From the IMG/VR virus record IMGVR_UViG_3300015050_001142, positions 1 through 64,000 of that record: DNA of 64,000 bases, one strand, 5' to 3'. Position 1 is the stretch's first letter; each line of letters opens with the position of its first letter. Shown here piece by piece: positions 56,701-64,000 of this stretch. The position numbers were made by a program, and so were the translations under genes. The DNA is from a virus. Under the pieces are notes generated by a model. The model saw only the letters and a program-made list of their open reading frames with translations. It ran no database searches and was not told where the DNA came from.

Positions 56701-58467
56701 GAACGTAGTGGAAAGTATTATAAGATCACCGATAAAACCAAGCTCAATGAGAATACTAATCCTGATATTCTTACACCTGGCAGATTAAATTCCGGCCATC
56801 CAATAAGATTAGAAATTGATCGTGATTATGATGGTACTGTAAACATCGATGATGAATTGATCCAGGATGAGTATGGTGAGAGAATGCAACGTAATGAGAA
56901 TACTGATCAATATTTCAAAGATGATAAAGTTGTACCTCGTCCAGAGAATATTGGTAATGTACCCATTCGTATTATCGATGTAATAACCAATAAACCAATC
57001 GGATATGTACGTAGAGTTGATTGGGTACAGGCCAAGTATCCAAATACAACTGATTACAGAAATGTAGTTGATACATTATATGATAGTGAAGGGAATGCTA
57101 CTGATAATATCGGTAAGCAAACTGCTGCATTGATGGCATTACGAAATAAAGTTGTTGAACAGTACAATGCTGGTGGTAAGCCAACGGAAGCTAAACTCAG
57201 CGGTAAAGGAACAGGTACTTTAATAAGAAATTTATCTTTCAATGCGAATACTGAGAAAGCCAAATTAGAATTGGGTTATGCACGATCACGTAAAGAAGAG
57301 AATAGTTTATTACCTGATTTGAGTTTGCAATTAGCTATTGTCAATAATGGTACCGCATACGTTGGTAAAGATTATCCATTCAAAGGATCGAAAGGATATG
57401 AGGAAGTGAAGTTGAATGATGGTAATATAGTTGTAATGTTACCCGGTGCGAATGGTGAGCATTTATATGCACCATTAGTTGGACAGATGTTAGCAGAGGG
57501 TACCCGCAGATCTGCAGTAGTAACAGTTGCTAAGGCGATTGAATTATTTTTAACCAATGACGGGTCAAGAGGAGACGTAGTTGACGAAATAAAAGATTTA
57601 CAGAGTAACACCGGTTTTGATATATCCACTGAAGAAGGTTTACGGAATTTTATCAATCAATATTTTACTTACACAGAATCTTTTAAAGATGTTGATACAT
57701 CTCCGAATGCTACAGCTGGAGAGAAACGTGAAAGATTCTTATTCAGCATTGCAGATGCGATCGGATCTCAAACCAAAGGAAATATTAAACTGGGATGGGC
57801 TTACTCAGGTAGACCGATCATCCAGGCTAAGTTAATTGATGGTAAGATCAACCCGGAGTTCATAGAAGCTCTTGAGGAAGGATTCAATACCCGTGCCCGC
57901 GCGGTGAACTACACTAAACCCGGTCAAGGATTAATTGGTATCAATTCTATTGGTGAGTTCAAAGATGTGATCTTTACAGTTGATGGCAAACCACGGTATA
58001 CCAAGTATCCGAATTACAATGAGTATGTGAAATCATTCTCTAAAACTGCAGTGTATGGCCGCAACCAATTAAAGGATGGTACCTATGTATACACTGCCAA
58101 TCCAACAATGCCGATCGCTGTGGATACTGCAACTGAATTCCCAACACTGAATGTAACTGAGAATACAACAGGTACTGAACCAGTGGTTAATGGGCCAAAA
58201 ACTTACAATGAGCAGGCTGCTGATATCTTTGATCAATTATCCAATTTCTCTATAATTCAAGCACCACCTGTTATCAGCTCCCAAGAGATTGGTACTGGCC
58301 CAGAGAATTCAGTGCCCTTAACTGAACAGAGTCTGCAGGAATTGTATAACTTTACCCCAGAGGCAAACCGCAACGGCAAAACTGTACGCGAGGTCTATGA
58401 GCAACTGGCCAGCAATGGTCATACGTTCCTGGCTCAAGGTTACAATCCGTTTACCCGGTGCCTTTAA
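53746..58467 (+). CDS. giant cargo protein (RNAP-associated block)
   Basis: 1573 aa; RGERQS..AKLG, TM-like Gly/Ala segments, EAGQEGFEE. Confidence 0.7.
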   Translation: MINDLNDIYDPQQVEQPKPVPKTAGPGPKKPVPAAPIVEGPGTRAQTSGTDVPDYAGYMPEGVYDSKGDLDLLRGERQSGFAKLGIRAANLIPNMAASVLGMIGYTGALVMDWGDNRDYSNAFTQAADEMKDPFGKTYRRSNDVFALSDPTWWIDNIANLTEMAVPFAGEAALVGNLMSKVASGASKLMRLGQTGSRIAQGAAQLGTAGFTAYTEAAMDGAGVFQKTYDAQVQKLLGKGVPVDQAKEQAKHIAAQSAATTVQLSTAMTTLLNLSSVAPFFKKSEDVVADVLKNQMKREVGETVEQWGKRIKNLQATQFKDKLFGNTKSTLAREAGQEGFEELEQYFAQRTGEEEGEKGTVHGFLDQFKQLEHFFDRTMDQQGALSFALGAFGGVAQTALIHSIVPSKYSEINQDGNKTQAIDKDGTPMFDKKGTPLYERKLVTPRTYDQWSTNQTFTNMRDALATDITNFSKMQNDFVTASKAGNAVEADKIRNKMFNVANLQAIKTGMAEPWIGTYNDIASLDNTESIDPADENGPTEAMQRGYAKDRTDNEYKQKATKAAGDIVKYQNEYDKLVKRYGAQYEGNKGLMPVIDNIFARKVALMSDNDTLTEHEEKLKVMEAEENEMVHVSNPIDFDASLGDYQKQAAAAQEVSKRLIADHKLIEKALADNDVVLAKKLVEKYKAVGINDSDLVSALKDLSTKIHKGNELQLHKMQQAEEKLMNSSGYLQWKEHNPTKEFKDYRNEVEKKYNLSATNNAYRANIEEARAQYNIASQNYNDIVAEKSVHKFVSKASNWLNVLEANTARIQAAERAELAIRAKDKATMQTLNGTAPVATSVPVTEAVEPEQVAEEPDEIPEPEVAVITDDIQDKLEDIQERQRSDFGNMTIAHHLAHAPLTSADGKFVIIKGTKEEVKDQILAFHAAEIAALGLPDIVPPVVTDSPIIALPNDSIAEALPTELGMHMGKKTVDVLSIANSTIGYHEVERSGKYYKITDKTKLNENTNPDILTPGRLNSGHPIRLEIDRDYDGTVNIDDELIQDEYGERMQRNENTDQYFKDDKVVPRPENIGNVPIRIIDVITNKPIGYVRRVDWVQAKYPNTTDYRNVVDTLYDSEGNATDNIGKQTAALMALRNKVVEQYNAGGKPTEAKLSGKGTGTLIRNLSFNANTEKAKLELGYARSRKEENSLLPDLSLQLAIVNNGTAYVGKDYPFKGSKGYEEVKLNDGNIVVMLPGANGEHLYAPLVGQMLAEGTRRSAVVTVAKAIELFLTNDGSRGDVVDEIKDLQSNTGFDISTEEGLRNFINQYFTYTESFKDVDTSPNATAGEKRERFLFSIADAIGSQTKGNIKLGWAYSGRPIIQAKLIDGKINPEFIEALEEGFNTRARAVNYTKPGQGLIGINSIGEFKDVIFTVDGKPRYTKYPNYNEYVKSFSKTAVYGRNQLKDGTYVYTANPTMPIAVDTATEFPTLNVTENTTGTEPVVNGPKTYNEQAADIFDQLSNFSIIQAPPVISSQEIGTGPENSVPLTEQSLQELYNFTPEANRNGKTVREVYEQLASNGHTFLAQGYNPFTRCL

Positions 58468-58473
58468 TAATCT

Positions 58474-61400
58474 ATGGCATGTTCCCACCTGGCTCCCAAT
58501 GGAGAAAAATCACTGTTATATGATCAGTTAGAGCAGAAGTATGGTCCAGAGAAAGCCCATGAAATCTGGGATTTGGTACGTACCCAACAGTTTCTGAATA
58601 AACATGGGGACTGGAATGCCTATACTCCTGTTAAAACAGAATTATTTAAAGGTTTCTGGACAAGGGAACAGATTGAGAAGCAAACTGATAAGGTATTCTT
58701 GTTTGGAGATAATACAAATGATCGGATGCATACAAAGTATGTTCCAACTTCTACACAGGCTGTAATACGTGGTTTACCAAATGCAATTGGAATTGATACA
58801 AAAAGAGATAGAGGTACCACAAAAGCATCTTACTTTTCAGATAATGATTTAAATGTTTTTGAATTACAATTAGCTCAAGCTTTAAACAAAGCTATTGATA
58901 GTGGTAAAATTATTGTAATACCCGCAGATGGAATTGGTACTGGTAAAGCAATGCTTAAGGAAAAAGCTCCAAAGTTATTCGAGTATTTAGTTGATCAACT
59001 ACAAAAATTACAAACTTCAATATTAGATGCTAACGGTGAACCTACAATTGATTGGGTACAGAAAACTCTTAATCTAACTGAGCCAACTATTGAACAACAG
59101 AAAGAGATTATAGAAATATCTTTTGAACCAAAGGAGAATGAGAAAGCTAAGTACAGAAGTACAAGAGATTCAGAACAGATAATTTCTCAGAAGATCACAG
59201 ATTTAATTCTTACTGCAACAGATAATCCTAATAAGCAATATAAGTTTAATTACCTGTTCACTGAATCAGGAAGTTTAAAGAGTGGGTATACGGTTAAAGA
59301 ATTAGCGAATCTGATTGATCAATTTGATCTTCCATCGAATATTGTATTACCAGAAGCTTATCACAATCTGGTACGTAATTCTTCTAAGAGAATTATTGAA
59401 CAGTTTCAATCAAATACGCCTGTTGAATTTCTTAATAGAAACGAGGAAGCGTTACAACTGGATATTGCCCGTATACTGGTACCCAAAGTTGATGCTAATG
59501 GTAAAACTCAAGGATATTTTACACCGGTACAGTACCAGGAGATTACTGATTCAATTGTTTCAGGTGTTCAATTAATACTGAGACAAGATCCAAATCAAAA
59601 AGCTAATGCAGTAATTAAAGCTATATATGCATTTGATCAAGGTAGAAGAAAACTTGAATCACTAAATAGCAAACCAGAGTTACAAGAAACATTAGGATTT
59701 ATCCACAATCAGCGTGTAAGATTTGCTGAAGCTGCTATTAAACGATTATCTGATTATGGATTAAGTATTACTGATAAGAGTAAAGCCACGATCCTGAAGG
59801 CGGTACAATTGGTTCAACCATTAGCTGAACAACAGAAACAAGATTTCATTACAGCCAATCCAGGCATTGATGCAGATCAGATTGATGAAGCAACTGGTGA
59901 ATTTATTGAGGCGCAGGGCCGTGGATTAAAAGATTGGAATGATGTGGTGTTTGAACTCGATCCAAAGGATACAGCATCAGCCAGGATTAAAATGTTCATC
60001 GCTACACTACCGGAAACCGATCGCGGTATATATAATGTTGATAAAGATGGTGTAGAGATATTCCCAGCAGCGATCAGAGTTGGAGACAAAACCCTGGGCA
60101 ACTATATTGAAGAATTGGGTCCATCACTGGCATTTAACAAGTGGAAGCAATTGGATATCAATGGATTACAACGGACAATCCGTGAGACAAACAGAAAGAC
60201 TTTTTGGATGCAAAATGAAGAATTGTCTAAGGAATTTGCCAAGTTCTTAAACAATAATTTCCCAATGATCGCCAAAGAGAACTTCTTAGGCATGAAGAAA
60301 TTGGTTGATTTCGAGGCTACATTCGACAATCTGTTACAGCTATTGGCCGATAAAAAGGCTGATTTCGCCGATTATATGAAGACTCTGGAAGATTCAGGGA
60401 AACCAAATCTCCAGTACCTGGTCAATGAGATGCGTAATGCTGATCCTCAGCTACAGAAAGAGTTCATGAAGGTTATGACCAAACAGTACCAGAACTTCAC
60501 TATGGTACTCTTTAACCGTGATGCGGCCGGTTATACATTCAAGCTTCTCAATGCAAACAGGTACTCTCAAAAGAATAGTCTTATTAAGAATTGGCAGGAA
60601 GAGCAGAAACTTTCTGAGATGGTTATCATCAATGATCAGGGAGAACGTGTATTCGATGTAGAACGCGCACATGAACGTTGGATTCCAATGCTGGCCCGCG
60701 CACAACGTATTAACGATTGGGGAATAAAAGAGAATAAATCCTGGGCGATTAAATCGATGGGTAATATTCTTCGTGTATCAGGTATCGATATAAGCGAGGA
60801 AATGGTTACAGATCTGTTTGATAACATGGAGAAATGGACCAAGGGTACCACATTCACAGGCGGTATTGGAAGACAATTCTCTGTAACTCAAACCGGTGAA
60901 CCTAATGGCTTGTTTTCTGCATTCATTATGAAAGCTGCAGGAGTAAGCAATGTAAATGATCTTGATATCGATGAAGAAACAACTGCAAGAGCTGAACAGA
61001 ATAATCCTTTATACACTGAAAAAACTGCAATGCAGATATTAGCATCAGTTGTTGCTAAACATACCCCTGTATTACACTCATCAAATCACAAATCAGTTGA
61101 AGGTAAAAGTGTTTGGGATTTTGGTTTAAATACTAAGCTCTCACATAAGTTCCGTGATATGACTGAGAACTTTGAAGAATTCAAGAAGATTCAACTACAG
61201 ATTGATATTGCGAAAGATAGTTGGTTGTTGAATGCAATTAATAATACTCCAAAGTACCTGGAAAAAATGCAATTAGCTTATCTCGATGGAGTTAAACCTG
61301 AATGGTCTAAACGTGGAACTACTCGTTCTGATATGAGTGATCGTGAACAGTTATTAACTGCAGTTTCGTTATTTCAGAATAAAGGATATGGGTTCAATAA

Positions 61401-64000
61401 GATTCCAGTAGCAAACTATTTATCGCTTACTCATGCTGATAAAACTATGGCTCCGTTATATATGAATATGCCCAAATTGAATATGGGCGCATATGATTCG
61501 GTACCCGATACTATAACCGGTAAGATTGGATCAGCAATGTACAATGTATTCAGCAGTGAACATCAGCGTATTGTTAAGCAATCTAATATTGATTTCAACA
61601 GTAAACAATATGATCAGGGAAAAAAGTTATTCTATTTCTTACCTGAATTCAATTATGATTCAATGAAGGAATTAGCTCGTCAGGGAATTATATCTCAAGG
61701 CGAGTTTAAATCTTTATGGGTAGATGGTCAACGTGTATTGTCTCCTATCATCCGTGCTGATAAGGAGTTGATTGTAATCAATAAAATCATTCAGCGTCAT
61801 TTAGATTCATTAGTTGCTAATACATTACAGCAATGGAAAGATACTGGTATAGTTTCTGAAGAGGGTACCATGTTCGATAAGAAATATATCAAACAGGTAC
61901 TGTATGCTAACGGAATTAAATCAAGTAAGAAAGCTGCCAATGTTATTGAATCATTTACAGATAAGACAGGTAATAAACTTCATGCTAAACAAGTACAGGA
62001 TATTATTGTACAAACTGCAGCAAAGGATTTCGCATGGAATTATTTCTTATTCAATACAGCATTAAGTCAATTGATGTATGGTGATCCTGCGCTTACTTAT
62101 AAAGCTGCAAAAGGAAAGAATCTTACTGATATGGACCATGTGAATAGTACCATGAAGGAATATGCTAAAAGATTGGCCAAAGACATAGCGCCGGGGCAAG
62201 ATCCGTACTGGCTTCCGAATGAGAAAACTTATAATACTATTACTCTGGCCGATGTTAAGACAGCAGAGAAATACATGTATAAATTCAGTGAAAGCTTATA
62301 CGATTCCTATTCTGATGTTGAAGGCACAGATGCTCAGGAATTAACTACAGTTAAGGAACATATTCGTGTAATGCGAGCAATGGGTACCATCTCTGAAACA
62401 ACATTCAATGAGATGATGGATATTATCAATAAAGCCAAAGGTGGGTACTATGAATTCACTAAACCTGAACATCTGGCTATTGTATTACAACCAATGAAAC
62501 CAGTATACTCTGGTACACGTTTACCACAAAATGGTGCTCAACTTGAAGACTATATCAAGACTTCATCTTATCCATTATACCCACCATTAACAGCAGGATT
62601 GGAGATTGATAAGTTTCGTAAGTTGATGGAAGATACCAATATCGATCGTGCTAATTATGCATCAGGAAAGAAGATTGGATTACCAGCGCAGTCATTAGAA
62701 ATATTCACTCCAGAAGGAAAGTTTATCGATCCGGTTGGTGATGTAGTAGTTAAAGCAACTCAACAATTATCTCGTGATGGATTCCGTATTCAGCAAGAGG
62801 TACCCTATGATGAAAATAAGGAAGAGATCCGAACTGTATCTCAAATGAATAAGCTTATTGTTGAAGGTATTGGTGATATCAAAGGATTTGAAGTACCGGG
62901 ATATGGTAAGATGGATGGCACTCAAATTCGTGAATTGAAAGAGAATATTCGTAAGCAGATGATCAATATCGGCTATACGAATTTCAAGAATAAATTCAAT
63001 GTAGATCCTGTATCATTAGTTATTCAGAATAAGAACAAAGTATATGATATGCTTGCCGATGAAGCAGAAGCTAAAGGATATACTTTGAATGAACGCCAAG
63101 CATTACTTATCCGTGATAAGGATGGAGAATTGGCAATTCCACTCATTTACAATACTGCAGCTGATAAGCTTGAGAGTATGATGATGAGTTTGGTTAAGAA
63201 GATTGTTGATATTAAAGTACCCGGTAAATCATTTATTCAGGCATCTTCTGTTGGGTTTACTCGTGATAATATTCGTACTGAAGATTCAATTGATAAATCC
63301 CAGGTTGTTTGGCTTGATGGATATGATGGTACCGCATTGAAAACTGTTCATCTCGGTGAAGATGGTACAGTACAAGCCGCACAGGTATTGGTACCCTTTA
63401 ATTTTATGGATGAAGATGGTAATAGATTGAATGTACAGGACTTTATGATTGAACGTGATGGTCGTAAATACCTGGATACTGAACGTGTACCAAAAGAATT
63501 GATACAGATGATTGGTGCCCGTATTCCCAACCAGGGCCATAACTCTATGCTTCCAATCGAGATAGTAGGATTCTTACCAGCTAATGCTGGCGATCTTATT
63601 ATTGTACCATCAGCTATCACTAAGCAAATGGGTGCAGATTTCGATGTGGATAAATTATTCTGTTATCGTAGACCATATACATATAATCCTGAAACTAAAA
63701 TATTCTTACCTACTCGTGCAGAAGGTACTGAATATGAATTTGAAGACCAATTACAAACAGCTTATTTCGATGTACACTGGAGTATTCTTACTCATCCTGA
63801 AATGCTTGAGAAGGTATTGAAACCTCTTGATAAACCAGATCTAAAAGAAGAAGCAGCTAAGATTAAAGTTCCTCAACCGAATAATTACTACGATGTAATT
63901 ACTCAGTTGAGTGAATTCCAGTCCGGTAAAGATGCGAAAGCATTAGTTGGATTAACATCTCTTTCTGTAACATTCAATGCTGTAATTCAAGATAAAGGAT
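58474..64000 (+). CDS. virion-packaged RNA polymerase (crAss-like two-barrel type), runs off the window edge
   Basis: ATG at 58474 (MACSHLAPNG). RIPNQGHNSM at 63520 and catalytic GADFDVDKL at 63631-63657 are in the same frame. Absence from the ORF track fits an ORF with no stop inside the window (over 1800 codons). Confidence 0.9.
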   Translation, partial: MACSHLAPNGEKSLLYDQLEQKYGPEKAHEIWDLVRTQQFLNKHGDWNAYTPVKTELFKGFWTREQIEKQTDKVFLFGDNTNDRMHTKYVPTSTQAVIRGLPNAIGIDTKRDRGTTKASYFSDNDLNVFELQLAQALNKAIDSGKIIVIPADGIGTGKAMLKEKAPKLFEYLVDQLQKLQTSILDANGEPTIDWVQKTLNLTEPTIEQQKEIIEISFEPKENEKAKYRSTRDSEQIISQKITDLILTATDNPNKQYKFNYLFTESGSLKSGYTVKELANLIDQFDLPSNIVLPEAYHNLVRNSSKRIIEQFQSNTPVEFLNRNEEALQLDIARILVPKVDANGKTQGYFTPVQYQEITDSIVSGVQLILRQDPNQKANAVIKAIYAFDQGRRKLESLNSKPELQETLGFIHNQRVRFAEAAIKRLSDYGLSITDKSKATILKAVQLVQPLAEQQKQDFITANPGIDADQIDEATGEFIEAQGRGLKDWNDVVFELDPKDTASARIKMFIATLPETDRGIYNVDKDGVEIFPAAIRVGDKTLGNYIEELGPSLAFNKWKQLDINGLQRTIRETNRKTFWMQNEELSKEFAKFLNNNFPMIAKENFLGMKKLVDFEATFDNLLQLLADKKADFADYMKTLEDSGKPNLQYLVNEMRNADPQLQKEFMKVMTKQYQNFTMVLFNRDAAGYTFKLLNANRYSQKNSLIKNWQEEQKLSEMVIINDQGERVFDVERAHERWIPMLARAQRINDWGIKENKSWAIKSMGNILRVSGIDISEEMVTDLFDNMEKWTKGTTFTGGIGRQFSVTQTGEPNGLFSAFIMKAAGVSNVNDLDIDEETTARAEQNNPLYTEKTAMQILASVVAKHTPVLHSSNHKSVEGKSVWDFGLNTKLSHKFRDMTENFEEFKKIQLQIDIAKDSWLLNAINNTPKYLEKMQLAYLDGVKPEWSKRGTTRSDMSDREQLLTAVSLFQNKGYGFNKIPVANYLSLTHADKTMAPLYMNMPKLNMGAYDSVPDTITGKIGSAMYNVFSSEHQRIVKQSNIDFNSKQYDQGKKLFYFLPEFNYDSMKELARQGIISQGEFKSLWVDGQRVLSPIIRADKELIVINKIIQRHLDSLVANTLQQWKDTGIVSEEGTMFDKKYIKQVLYANGIKSSKKAANVIESFTDKTGNKLHAKQVQDIIVQTAAKDFAWNYFLFNTALSQLMYGDPALTYKAAKGKNLTDMDHVNSTMKEYAKRLAKDIAPGQDPYWLPNEKTYNTITLADVKTAEKYMYKFSESLYDSYSDVEGTDAQELTTVKEHIRVMRAMGTISETTFNEMMDIINKAKGGYYEFTKPEHLAIVLQPMKPVYSGTRLPQNGAQLEDYIKTSSYPLYPPLTAGLEIDKFRKLMEDTNIDRANYASGKKIGLPAQSLEIFTPEGKFIDPVGDVVVKATQQLSRDGFRIQQEVPYDENKEEIRTVSQMNKLIVEGIGDIKGFEVPGYGKMDGTQIRELKENIRKQMINIGYTNFKNKFNVDPVSLVIQNKNKVYDMLADEAEAKGYTLNERQALLIRDKDGELAIPLIYNTAADKLESMMMSLVKKIVDIKVPGKSFIQASSVGFTRDNIRTEDSIDKSQVVWLDGYDGTALKTVHLGEDGTVQAAQVLVPFNFMDEDGNRLNVQDFMIERDGRKYLDTERVPKELIQMIGARIPNQGHNSMLPIEIVGFLPANAGDLIIVPSAITKQMGADFDVDKLFCYRRPYTYNPETKIFLPTRAEGTEYEFEDQLQTAYFDVHWSILTHPEMLEKVLKPLDKPDLKEEAAKIKVPQPNNYYDVITQLSEFQSGKDAKALVGLTSLSVTFNAVIQDKG

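Noticed and set aside
24394-58467. Genome-wide TGA recoding, suggested by the UCA tRNA
   Set aside because: The large genes are intact under code 11, TGA ends genes in ATGA overlaps, and hand readthrough of several TGA stops gave no in-frame fusions.
58620-63820. Short track ORFs suggesting a fragmented or non-coding right end
   Set aside because: The region is one plus-strand ORF from 58474 with in-frame RNAP motifs; the track omits it, consistent with no stop inside the window.
1-64000. CRISPR array, diversity-generating retroelement, integrase, introns or inteins
   Set aside because: No repeat-spacer array, reverse transcriptase, recombinase or interrupted TerL/portal/MCP is visible.

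Overview
A 64 kb piece of a crAss-like (Crassvirales-type) phage genome, probably infecting a Bacteroidota host. The left arm (1 to about 22.6 kb, mostly minus strand) holds small accessory genes: a MazG-like NTP-PPase, a dNMP kinase, a PTH2-like protein, DUF6011- and DUF6283-like proteins and a RepL-like gene. It also holds a canonical opal (UCA) suppressor-type tRNA, many structured intergenic RNA candidates, and eight tandem small genes that all end in H-[FY]-x-x-[YT]-stop. The right arm (about 22.9 kb to the end, plus strand) runs: CHAP endolysin, a cassette of glycosyl-, acetyl- and methyltransferase genes, HU-like protein, terminase, portal, scaffold-like protein, major capsid protein, ring/tail proteins, a split tail stabilisation (muzzle) gene, cargo proteins, and a giant virion RNA polymerase. 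The polymerase starts at 58474, runs off the window, carries GADFDVDKL and is missing from the ORF track. The best candidates for undescribed biology are the shared C-terminal tag array, a ~350 nt structured RNA with a three-copy covarying hairpin, the late glycosylation cassette, and an opal suppressor tRNA in a genome that still uses TGA as stop. All family assignments come from motif recognition by eye, not database searches.
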